DNA of 64,000 nucleotides from a virus. The DNA lies in IMG/VR virus record IMGVR_UViG_3300042301_002170; one strand, given 5' to 3'. Below are positions 19,101-27,446 of this stretch, one piece after another (position 1 is the first letter of the stretch; each line of letters starts with the position of its first letter). The translations under genes and the position numbers were made by a program. The notes under the pieces were generated by a model that was given only the letters and a program-made list of their open reading frames with translations, did no database searches and was not told the origin of the DNA.

Positions 19101-22100
19101 CACGGAACTCTTGACCATAATTTTAATCATCACCATAAATCATCTGCATACGCACCTGATTATGGGTATCCTGCTGAGTTAGATACAATAGATTTTGATG
19201 ATAAAAGAAAAAAACAACCAGGACATCAAGTAACCACAAAAGATACAGAGGATAGAGGATACGAACCTGTTAAAACTGAAAAATTAACACAATCTAATTT
19301 AGATAGTGTTGAAAGATATGCAGATAGAGAATTAGACCCTGCTGACATAGAGTTTAGTAATCACTTTTTTGATAGAGTTAATGATACTCGTAATGGTAAA
19401 GAAATATCCGAACCAGAACTAACTGGTTTCTTTAAGAGATTGGGAAGACACAAAAAACAATTCATAGATTTTTTAGAAAAGTACAATCAAATTGTAGTTA
19501 AAGACGATAGAAGTAATATCAATATTCCATTTGTAAAGATGGCAAATAAAGTTATTGCTAAAACTGTAATGAGAAAAGGTGATTTTCAAACCAATTCTCC
19601 TACAATCGTAAACGAAGAAACTCCATCAGAAATCATAAAAGATTTAGATAAGGTAAGACATGATTTGATTAAAAAAGTAGATGTTCTAATTGCTAAAAAG
19701 AAAAAACTTTACTCTAATGTTGATATTGAATCACCAATGAGTGCAGATGAAAAACAATTGGATAAAGATATACAATCTATATTTTCACAAATTCAACAAA
19801 TAATTCTTAAAAAAAGAACTTTAAAAGAATCTTTAAACGAAAATTCACAAGATAATATTGAAAAATTTGTTTTTTCGGTAGAAGATTTACCAAATGTAAA
19901 ATTTCATCATTTTAAAAATGGTTCATTATTTATTATAAATCATGAAAAATACCCATCGGAAGCGAGAAAAATTGCTAAATTAATTGAAAAATATAAAGTA
20001 AAACCTGAACTTATTCTTGATTATGATAAAAAATCAGGTGGTTGGATAAAGAAAGATGAAATTGGGTGGTATCTTCCTCATAATATATGGGAGCCACGTC
20101 AAAATAAATCTTTAAACGAAGTTAAATGGGAGGGTGATACATTCACTCGTTGTATGCAAGGTCAATTACCTCTTTCACTTAATATTGTTAAACAATTAGT
20201 TGAACCAATAAAAACAACTTCATTGCATGTAACTACAATTGAAAATTTATCAAAAGTTGCGGCATTAGAAGGAACTAAAAAATCAATTTCCACATTTAAT
20301 AAAATTGATAAATACTCAAAGATTGTACAAAATGGAAAAGGAGTAGATACCGATGGTGGTGTATTTGTATTAGTATCAGGAGTAGTATTGGCACAAAGTA
20401 TAATGGACTTATGGACTGCACCTGATAAGCAAGGTAGAAGATGGGTAAATCCTGGAACTGTAATAGATGGGTTAGGAAGAGAAACGGATATAGTTTTTAA
20501 TTTTGCACCACATTTAAAACCATTTAAGAAAAGATGGTTAGAAGACCCTTTAAACGAATTTACACCGGCTGAAAAGAATGAATTCATACGACTTTATTAT
20601 AAAGAGGCAGAGAAGTTTATGTTGAGTAAGAAAAAAGAGTTTCAAGATAAATATTTGAATTCAAACCAACTATACTATGAATCAGATTGGAATGAGGTTG
20701 TTCTTAATCAAATTAAAATTGAAAAGATTTTAGCTATTCCTAGTAATTGGGGTGGAGATGAAGCTGAAAATCAAAAAACATTAGAAAAACTTAAACAAAA
20801 ATATCCAAAAGTAGAAATTGGAAAAAATACTACTGACATTCAAAACTTTATTAAAAATAATGGTGGAAGTATCAGAGAATCTATAAACCAAAACAAATCT
20901 GTAATATCAGAAGGTGGTGCATACGGACACATGTCTCACCCGTTTGATGATATGAATTTAACATTTGGTGATTTAAAAAATATTATTACAGGAGCATTAA
21001 CTGGTAAATTAGAATTGACAAGAGAAAAAACCGATGGACAAGCTCTTGCAATTAGTTGGAAAAATGGTAGATTGATTGCAGCAAGAAACAAAGGTAATTT
21101 AGCTAACGCAGGAGCAAACGCAATGGGTATTGAAGATGTTGCATCAAAGTTTGCGGGTAGAGGTGGATTAACCGATGCTTACAACTTTGCAATGAAAGAT
21201 TTATCAGCAGCAATTAGTTCATTATCCGAACCACAGAGAAAGAAGATATTTGATGAGGGTAAGTGTTTTATGAACTTAGAAGTTATCTGGCCTACATCGG
21301 TAAATGTGATACCTTACGGACAACCCCTATTGGTATTCCACAATACAACTTGTTATGATGAAACTGGCAAAGCAGTTGGGGCAAATCAAGGGGCAGCAAC
21401 GATGTTGGCAGGAATGATTAAACAAGTTAATGGAGATGTTCAATCTAAATATACAATTCAGGGACCTCCTGTAACTAGATTACCAAATAATGAAGAATTG
21501 GGTTCTAAACAAACTAAATATTTAACACAATTACAAAAATTGCAATTTCAATTCCAATTAAGTAATAGAGATGGTGTTGCAGAATATCATCAGGCTTGGT
21601 GGGCAGACTTTATAGATAAGAGTAAAGTTAAATTACAGAAATTAGAAAGAGATGCGTTAATTAACAGATGGGCTTTCGGTGATAAATCATTCCGTTTAAA
21701 TACTATTACTGATAAAGATGCTCAAAAGTGGGCAATAGATAATGATAAAGTAAATGTTGCAAAACAACAAAAAGAAAACATTAGACCATTTGAGGAGATA
21801 TTTTTAGGAGTTGGAGCAGATGTATTATCATTTATGGATTCGGTATTAACTGCAAATCCAAATGCAGCAGTTGCAAGCATGAAACAAAGATTGAGGGATA
21901 CTGCTGATAAAGTAAGAGGTAGTGGGGATATAACTAAAATATCTAAATTAAAATCAGAATTGGCAAGATTACAATCAATTGGTGGATTAGATAAAATTGT
22001 TCCAAATGAGGGTATTGTATTTATTTATAAAGGAAACACTTATAAACTTACAGGAACTTTTGCACCATTAAATCAGATTTTAGGTATTTTTTACGAATAG
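16101..22100 (+). CDS. Giant multidomain (polyvalent) protein: HxGH cytidylyltransferase-like, Gly/Ala hydrophobic region, HExxH zincin, RelE-like, ART-like and C-terminal ligase-like (DUF6267-like) domains; probable internal head polyprotein
   Basis: SGRFQPFHAGH (16173-84); HEMVH (18501-15); IEFSNHFFDRVNDTRN; LHVT..SIST..WNEVV; EKTDG (K at 21027) ...EGIV..YK. Domains are separated by LNE/LKE/ISE-type junctions. Confidence 0.75.
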   Translation: MKLEVDKPEVTGLVVVYSGRFQPFHAGHYVSYLKLCKKFGKENVYIATSNSTSGPKSPFDFKEKKEIATKMFNVPSDRFIQVSNPYAPKEVLQGFDGKTTAYIAAVGEKDESRLSGKYFKPYKGKTGYGYDEIGYTYAVPAESNPISGTDVRNWLGSGDDESKKKGFLKAYPKFNADIFKMITNKLNEDGFPGGIGTGLNLPGGYINGAPTGSANESNNTEPSSALRPEPKPTRHQIEHPSDEPNWHKNESLYDPIGHIIDRVLAEQMFNEFVDSYFTEAPNPIMDKEFDYTAADGSKKKIKVKSALRLAKDHPAHVQASKMVGSDKPNAMAKGPTDAPANEPNKLPEPGKAATQSAKPSQPGQPVKKGQTQQGKADKEKGEAPAPQGAQAPPPEQKLSGGELKTAAEKTPEEKSKEKKAEKQNAFKSFFNDASDSIKKEASALWKDFNTEEHHDAHEMANPESETRKGFIDRAADFMAEFPDNMVKGAYNVVKHKYHQFKNTAKGVKSLATSLSHGKGIQFGYEKGKDGKWGVNKDEAEKQKKAAKATAIDAAKIAAAVVTGGAVSGVMGHLAGGGAFGGLGQAALSGAGETLSHGVTGFVSHMGVDFAKHCGFEALGLGVGFEFEQAEKIAARAGVATVGVVPHIGKLFHNAMSYVMSENATPEDEEKQNADLLMNLVATVLEKMKDFKPTSQQMFETMKSYSEAKKEKEEKQKGLETAKLLKPIQEQISPLKRENVSNFVEYATKRLKLKEQPKVTLVEDPEFSRQNHSLGGYNVDSKEIFVATEGRLTADILRTIAHEMVHRKQDEMGLIGDSVKDGATGSTVENKANSIAAILLREYGKLNKTIYNEDINIDVDKGDTVLMGKFKNKKVVAKDFGTDDHGMPTINGKVATTFRIPRGEKAKPNPQSVFDEVGSNDWHFKAIMKLWDKANSYGKKKIGVAVCNDPNASKREIEAQLRDTDYEEVTDMTDKLGLKEYIEKKKLNKIGESVNTKNHKPHGTLDHNFNHHHKSSAYAPDYGYPAELDTIDFDDKRKKQPGHQVTTKDTEDRGYEPVKTEKLTQSNLDSVERYADRELDPADIEFSNHFFDRVNDTRNGKEISEPELTGFFKRLGRHKKQFIDFLEKYNQIVVKDDRSNINIPFVKMANKVIAKTVMRKGDFQTNSPTIVNEETPSEIIKDLDKVRHDLIKKVDVLIAKKKKLYSNVDIESPMSADEKQLDKDIQSIFSQIQQIILKKRTLKESLNENSQDNIEKFVFSVEDLPNVKFHHFKNGSLFIINHEKYPSEARKIAKLIEKYKVKPELILDYDKKSGGWIKKDEIGWYLPHNIWEPRQNKSLNEVKWEGDTFTRCMQGQLPLSLNIVKQLVEPIKTTSLHVTTIENLSKVAALEGTKKSISTFNKIDKYSKIVQNGKGVDTDGGVFVLVSGVVLAQSIMDLWTAPDKQGRRWVNPGTVIDGLGRETDIVFNFAPHLKPFKKRWLEDPLNEFTPAEKNEFIRLYYKEAEKFMLSKKKEFQDKYLNSNQLYYESDWNEVVLNQIKIEKILAIPSNWGGDEAENQKTLEKLKQKYPKVEIGKNTTDIQNFIKNNGGSIRESINQNKSVISEGGAYGHMSHPFDDMNLTFGDLKNIITGALTGKLELTREKTDGQALAISWKNGRLIAARNKGNLANAGANAMGIEDVASKFAGRGGLTDAYNFAMKDLSAAISSLSEPQRKKIFDEGKCFMNLEVIWPTSVNVIPYGQPLLVFHNTTCYDETGKAVGANQGAATMLAGMIKQVNGDVQSKYTIQGPPVTRLPNNEELGSKQTKYLTQLQKLQFQFQLSNRDGVAEYHQAWWADFIDKSKVKLQKLERDALINRWAFGDKSFRLNTITDKDAQKWAIDNDKVNVAKQQKENIRPFEEIFLGVGADVLSFMDSVLTANPNAAVASMKQRLRDTADKVRGSGDITKISKLKSELARLQSIGGLDKIVPNEGIVFIYKGNTYKLTGTFAPLNQILGIFYE

Positions 22101-22114
22101 TTTGATATATATAA
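22101..22114 (+). promoter_or_regulatory. Putative promoter TTTGATATATATAA
   Basis: Intergenic, 30 nt upstream of ATG 22145; identical to the minus-strand motif at 15904-15917. Confidence 0.5.
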
Positions 22115-22144
22115 TAAATCAATTAGTTACATTAATATAGAATT

Positions 22145-22813
22145 ATGGCAAAGAGAAAATCCTTTGAAGAAAAAAACAAACACATACACAAATCTCGTCA
22201 ATTAATTATAGATACGGTATTTGGCAACACAGATGATAATCAGAATGTGTTTGGTTATGAAAAAGAAACAGAACAAAAAAGAGAAGTTGGTGAAAAGTGG
22301 GTTGATAAAGATGGTGTAGAATGGGAACAAAAAGAAGGGTTTAAAACAAACCTAACTAAGATGGACAAGGTAAGAGAATACTTACAAAAAATAAGTAGAT
22401 GTTCATCGGAAGATTGTAAAACCATAAAATATAGTACTGCCGATAAAAAGGCAATTGTTAAAACTACTCTTTGTATAAATTGTTTAACAAAACACGAAAC
22501 TAAATTAAAATTAGATGGTACTTGGGATTTTTACCAAGATTATAAAATAACATTAAATAAATTAGGTTATGTTAGAGATTTAAAAGTTCAATACGAAGAA
22601 GCATTGCAAGGTATTAAACAACAAGTTGAAATGGTAAATGAAAATGGTACTATTTCTAATTGGCAGTGGGATATTGATATTGAAAAAGTAAAAGAAGACA
22701 TTAGAACTGATATAGATGGGGCATATAATGCAATCGAATCTCTATTAGAAAGAAAATTAGCATTAGAAGAAAAACTGGTGGAATTAAACCATCCAGAACT
22801 TATAAAACAATAG
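22145..22813 (+). CDS. Conserved phage hypothetical protein with Cys pairs (possible Zn-binding)
   Basis: REVGEKWVDKDGVEWEQKEG motif; CSSEDC and CINC; lies two genes upstream of TerL. Confidence 0.6.
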   Translation: MAKRKSFEEKNKHIHKSRQLIIDTVFGNTDDNQNVFGYEKETEQKREVGEKWVDKDGVEWEQKEGFKTNLTKMDKVREYLQKISRCSSEDCKTIKYSTADKKAIVKTTLCINCLTKHETKLKLDGTWDFYQDYKITLNKLGYVRDLKVQYEEALQGIKQQVEMVNENGTISNWQWDIDIEKVKEDIRTDIDGAYNAIESLLERKLALEEKLVELNHPELIKQ

Positions 22814-22816
22814 ATT

Positions 22817-23443
22817 ATGGAAAAGATATTCTCATTCACAAACATTTTAATAATTGGTTTAGTTGCATTTATTGTATTTAAACAATGTAGTAGTGAGGAT
22901 AAATCTATTGAAACCATTAATGTTGATGGTAAAAAATACGAATTGTTAAAACATAAAATAGATACTTTTGTTGTTGAGCATACTCAAATCAAATACAAAA
23001 AAGGACAAGATATTTATCACGAAACAATTGTAGAAAAAGAAAAAAGAGTAGAAGTACCAGTTTATGTAAAAGCAGATAGTGAAAGAATTGTAAAAGAATA
23101 TCACACAAAAGTTTTGTATAAAGATAGATTGGTATTAAACGATGGGTTGGGTATTGTAGAAATAACCGATACTATCAGTAGAAATAAAATTATCGGTAGA
23201 AAATGGAATGCTCAGATAAATGAGAGAACTATTACCGATACTAAAATTGTAAAAGAACTTCCAAAAAACCAAGTTTATATAGGAGTAAATGGTATAGTGG
23301 GTAACTCATCTGCATTGATAGGACCACAACTTACTCTTAAAACTAAAAAAGATAATTTATACGGAGCAAATTTACTTATAGATGGAAACGGAAATAAGTA
23401 TTTTGGTGTATCGGTTGGTTGGAAGATTAAACTCAAAAAATAA
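22817..23443 (+). CDS. Membrane-anchored or lipoprotein-like protein with C-terminal beta-strand region (possible spanin-like)
   Basis: N-terminal hydrophobic helix ILIIGLVAFIVF then QCSSED; C-terminal amphipathic strands ending GVSVGWKIKLKK. Confidence 0.5.
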   Translation: MEKIFSFTNILIIGLVAFIVFKQCSSEDKSIETINVDGKKYELLKHKIDTFVVEHTQIKYKKGQDIYHETIVEKEKRVEVPVYVKADSERIVKEYHTKVLYKDRLVLNDGLGIVEITDTISRNKIIGRKWNAQINERTITDTKIVKELPKNQVYIGVNGIVGNSSALIGPQLTLKTKKDNLYGANLLIDGNGNKYFGVSVGWKIKLKK

Positions 23444-25050
23444 TGGCAGTTCAAGGGAAACCTAAGAAGTCTTTAAAAGAGATTATTGCAGAAGAATATC
23501 GTAAATGTGGGTTAGACCCAATTTACTTTATGAAAAAATATTGTGTTATACAACACCCAACAAGAGGTAAAATACCTTTTCACTTATATCCATTTCAGGA
23601 GAACTGTTTAACAGATTTTAAACAAGACCGTTTTAACATCATTCTTAAATCACGTCAGTTAGGTTTATCAACTCTTTCTGCGGGTTTTATTTTGTGGAAG
23701 ATGTTATTCAACGAAGATTTTAATGCATTGGTTATTGCAACTAAAGTAACAGTTGCAAAAAACTTAGTAGAGAAAGTAAGAGTAATGCACGATTTGTTAC
23801 CCGTTTGGTTAAGAGATGGTGGGAACTCTTCTGTTGAAGATAACAAACTATCACTTAAATTAAAGAACGGTTCTCAGGTCAAAGCAATAGCATCCTCACC
23901 CGATGCAGGACGTTCGGAAGCTCTATCCCTATTAGTAGTGGATGAGGCAGCATTCATTAGAGATATTGATGAGATTTGGTTATCGGCACAATCAACTCTA
24001 TCAACGGGTGGTAGTGCAATTGTATTATCTACTCCGAATGGTGTGGGTAACTGGTTTCATAAAATGTGGGTAGAAGGAGAAAGTGGTGCAAACGGATTCA
24101 ATCCTATAAATCTTCATTGGACAGTTCATCCAGAAAGAAATCAAACTTGGAGAGATGAACAAACTCGTATTTTGGGAGCAAAAGGAGCAGCACAAGAATG
24201 TGATTGCGACTTTGTTGGTTCCGGAGATACAGTAATAGACCCTGAGTTATTAACTTGGTATAAGAACACTTATGTAATGGAACCTGTTGAAAAAGCAGGA
24301 TTTGATAGAAACCTATGGAAATGGGAATATCCAAATTACAACAAACAATATATGGTTGTAGCTGACGTTGCAAGAGGAGATGCAGCCGATTATTCAACTG
24401 CACAAGTTTTAGATATTGAAGATTGTTCGCAAGTTGCTGAATATAGAGGAATGATTGATACCAAAGATTTTGGAAACTTTCTTACTGCATTAGCAACAGA
24501 ATACAACAATGCATTATTAGTAGTAGAAAACTCAAACGTAGGTTGGGCATGTATTCAACAAATTATAGATAGAGGATACCAAAATCTATTTTATATGAGT
24601 AACGACTTAAAATATATTGATGTTGAAAGACAAATGAGTAATAAGTTTTACAGAGATGAAAAACAAATGGTTGCAGGTTTCTCTACAACATCTAAAACAA
24701 GACCTTTGATTATTTCAGCATTGGATACATATATGAATGAAAAAGATATTCTTATTCGTAGTGGTAGATTAATAGATGAAATGTTTACATTTATTTGGCA
24801 TGGTGGTAGAGCAGAAGCAATGAAAGGATATAATGACGACTTAATTATGGCATTGGCAATTGGATTGTGGGTTCGTAATACTGCACTTCGTTTAAGACAA
24901 GAAGGAATTGATTTAACTAAAAATATGTTGAACTCATCGCACATAGCTAAATACGATGGATTTGTATCTACGGGTCATTTAACTAGAAATCCATATGAAA
25001 TGGAAGTGGGTAATAAAGAAATAGAAAGTTTAACTTGGTTACTTCAATAA
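23443..25050 (+). CDS. terL: Terminase large subunit (T4 gp17-like)
   Basis: Walker A KSRQLGLST, Walker B LLVVDEAAF, STPNG, nuclease VVADVARG and DDLIMALAI. Confidence 0.95.
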   Translation: MAVQGKPKKSLKEIIAEEYRKCGLDPIYFMKKYCVIQHPTRGKIPFHLYPFQENCLTDFKQDRFNIILKSRQLGLSTLSAGFILWKMLFNEDFNALVIATKVTVAKNLVEKVRVMHDLLPVWLRDGGNSSVEDNKLSLKLKNGSQVKAIASSPDAGRSEALSLLVVDEAAFIRDIDEIWLSAQSTLSTGGSAIVLSTPNGVGNWFHKMWVEGESGANGFNPINLHWTVHPERNQTWRDEQTRILGAKGAAQECDCDFVGSGDTVIDPELLTWYKNTYVMEPVEKAGFDRNLWKWEYPNYNKQYMVVADVARGDAADYSTAQVLDIEDCSQVAEYRGMIDTKDFGNFLTALATEYNNALLVVENSNVGWACIQQIIDRGYQNLFYMSNDLKYIDVERQMSNKFYRDEKQMVAGFSTTSKTRPLIISALDTYMNEKDILIRSGRLIDEMFTFIWHGGRAEAMKGYNDDLIMALAIGLWVRNTALRLRQEGIDLTKNMLNSSHIAKYDGFVSTGHLTRNPYEMEVGNKEIESLTWLLQ

Positions 25051-25058
25051 TTTTTATA

Positions 25059-25066
25059 TATTTATA
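25059..25066 (+). promoter_or_regulatory. Putative late promoter TATTTATA
   Basis: Intergenic, 24 nt upstream of ATG 25091. Confidence 0.5.
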
Positions 25067-25090
25067 TGTTGGATACAAAATATTTTTAAA

Positions 25091-25588
25091 ATGAATTTAA
25101 CTAAAATCATAAAAGAATTAGAAAACCCTTGCTGGAAAGGGTACGAAATGGTTGGAATGAAAGACAAAGATGGAAGAGAAGTTCCTAATTGTGTTCCTGT
25201 GAAAGAAGATATTGATAGTGATGATGATGTAAACTATGGTTTAGTTGAACCAGAAGAATATGATGTTGAGGATGAAGATATGGAGGATTTTATTGCTTTT
25301 ATGAGAGGATATGATAAAAACCTAAACGAAGGTTGTCAATGTTTAAGAGAAGCAGAATATCAAGGTAGAGAAGTGAAATTGGGTAAACCAATGCAAGGTG
25401 ATGTTAAAAAGTTCAAAGTATATGTTAAGAATCCACAAGGAAATGTTGTTAAAGTAAACTTTGGACAAAAAGGAATGAAAATTAGAAAATCAAATCCTGC
25501 TGCGAGAAAATCTTTTAGAGCAAGAATGAATTGTGACCAACCAGGACCAAGACACAAAGCAAACTATTGGAGTTGCAGAAAGTGGTAA
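25091..25588 (+). CDS. Head-module hypothetical protein (CWKGY..VPNCVP module plus DUF6321-like domain)
   Basis: PCWKGYEMVGMKDKDGREVPNCVP; RKSFRARMNCD.PGPRHKANYWSCRKW; modules separated by xxE. Confidence 0.6.
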   Translation: MNLTKIIKELENPCWKGYEMVGMKDKDGREVPNCVPVKEDIDSDDDVNYGLVEPEEYDVEDEDMEDFIAFMRGYDKNLNEGCQCLREAEYQGREVKLGKPMQGDVKKFKVYVKNPQGNVVKVNFGQKGMKIRKSNPAARKSFRARMNCDQPGPRHKANYWSCRKW

Positions 25589-25647
25589 TAAAGTTTGGAA
25601 ATTACAAAAAAATTTATTATCTTTATAGATACTTTACAAATTAAAAA

Positions 25648-27399
25648 ATGGCAGATAAATCAGTATTAGGTAGGTTACAGAAATTATTTTCAACAAACAC
25701 CATTGTTCGTAAAACGGAAACAGGAACAAAGGTAATTGACACAGATGAGTGGCAAAATATGACCACGAATTTGGTTGACAGATTCACAAAGTTAAAAGTA
25801 ACTAACTATGGAACTGGTCAAATAGAATCTGCAATGGCGTACCAACAAGTTCGTATAGATTTATTTAGAGATTACGATTCAATGGATACTGACCCAATTA
25901 TGGCATCGGCATTGGATATTTACGCAGATGAATGTACTGCAAAGAATGAACAAGGTAATATCCTAAAGATACATCACGAAGATGATAATATCAAACAAAT
26001 ATTAGAAAACTTATTTTATGATATTTTAAATGTTGAGTTTAATCTTTGGCCTTGGACTAGAAACTTAGTTAAATACGGAGATTTTTTCTTACATTTAGAA
26101 ATTGCAGAAGAAGAAGGTATTGGTATTATAAATGTAATGCCGTTATCAGCATACGAAGTTAGTAGAATGGAAGGTTTTGACCAAGCCAATCCACAAAGAG
26201 TTAAATTTGTGTATGCACCTTATCAAAACCCATATGGGGCATTTGGGCAATCTCCTAAAAAAGAATTTGAAAACTATGAGATGGCTCATATGAGATTAAA
26301 CTCTGATTCAAACTTTTTACCTTACGGAAAATCTATGATTGAGGGTGGTAGGAGAGTTTGGAAACAATTAATGTTGATGGAAGATGCAATGTTAATCCAC
26401 AGAGTAATGAGAGCACCTGAAAAGAGAATCTTTAAAATTGATGTAGGTAATATTCCACCAAATGAGGTAGATAATTATATGCAGAAAATTATCAACAACT
26501 CTAAAAAAGTTCCTTTTGTTGATGAAAGAACGGGTGAATATAATTTAAAATACAACGTTCAAAACCTTATTGAAGATTATTATATGCCAGTTCGTGGTAA
26601 TGATAATGGTACATCTATTGATACCTTAAAAGGTTTAGAATATAATATGATTGATGACATCAATTATTTAAAAAATAAAATGATGGCATCTTTAAAGATT
26701 CCAAAAGCATATTTAGGATACGAAGAAGATACTAATGGTAAAGCAACATTAGCATCTATGGATATTCGATTTGCTAAAACAATCGAAAGAGTTCAAAGAG
26801 TATTGATTTCAGAATTAACTAAAATTGCAATCGTTCACTTATATGCACAAGGTATAAATGATGACCGTTTAACTAATTTTACATTAGAATTAACTGTCCC
26901 ATCTAAAATATACGAACAAGAGCAAGTTGAATTATATACTTCAAAGGTAGCTTTAATTCAACAAATGCAACAAACAAAAATGTTCTCTAAAGAATGGATG
27001 TACGAATCCGTAATGAAGATGGCAAAAGATGAGCAAGATGAATTAACATTGGGAGTATTGGAAGATACAAAGCAAGCATTCCGTTTAACATCAATTGAAA
27101 CACAAGGAACAGACCCTGCTAAACCAACCGGTGTAGAAGGAAGTGAAACTACAAATGTTGAAGAAGAATTGGATAGATTAAAATCTGAATTATCAACAAA
27201 CGGAGTGGGAAGACCAAAAGACCCTGTTAGATATGGACACGATGACCATCCAGAGGGCAGAGACCCATTAGGAATTAAAACTCTTAAAACAAAAGAAGGT
27301 TCTGTAAAATATAAACCAAGAAACTCATACCAGGAAATATTTAAGGATATGGATGGTAACAAAAAAACTATTTTAACAGAAGATTTAGATAAAGAGTAA
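25648..27399 (+). CDS. gp20: Portal protein (T4 gp20-like)
   Basis: YGKSMIE..RRVWKQLMLMEDAMLIHRVMRAPEKRIFKIDVGNIP; EDYYMPVRG..GTSIDTLKG. Confidence 0.95.
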   Translation: MADKSVLGRLQKLFSTNTIVRKTETGTKVIDTDEWQNMTTNLVDRFTKLKVTNYGTGQIESAMAYQQVRIDLFRDYDSMDTDPIMASALDIYADECTAKNEQGNILKIHHEDDNIKQILENLFYDILNVEFNLWPWTRNLVKYGDFFLHLEIAEEEGIGIINVMPLSAYEVSRMEGFDQANPQRVKFVYAPYQNPYGAFGQSPKKEFENYEMAHMRLNSDSNFLPYGKSMIEGGRRVWKQLMLMEDAMLIHRVMRAPEKRIFKIDVGNIPPNEVDNYMQKIINNSKKVPFVDERTGEYNLKYNVQNLIEDYYMPVRGNDNGTSIDTLKGLEYNMIDDINYLKNKMMASLKIPKAYLGYEEDTNGKATLASMDIRFAKTIERVQRVLISELTKIAIVHLYAQGINDDRLTNFTLELTVPSKIYEQEQVELYTSKVALIQQMQQTKMFSKEWMYESVMKMAKDEQDELTLGVLEDTKQAFRLTSIETQGTDPAKPTGVEGSETTNVEEELDRLKSELSTNGVGRPKDPVRYGHDDHPEGRDPLGIKTLKTKEGSVKYKPRNSYQEIFKDMDGNKKTILTEDLDKE

Positions 27400-27417
27400 T
27401 AAACTAATATAAAACTA

Positions 27418-27425
27418 TATTTATA
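27418..27425 (+). promoter_or_regulatory. Putative late promoter TATTTATA
   Basis: Intergenic, upstream of ATG 27447. Confidence 0.5.
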
Positions 27426-27446
27426 TCTGACAAATTACAAAAATTA

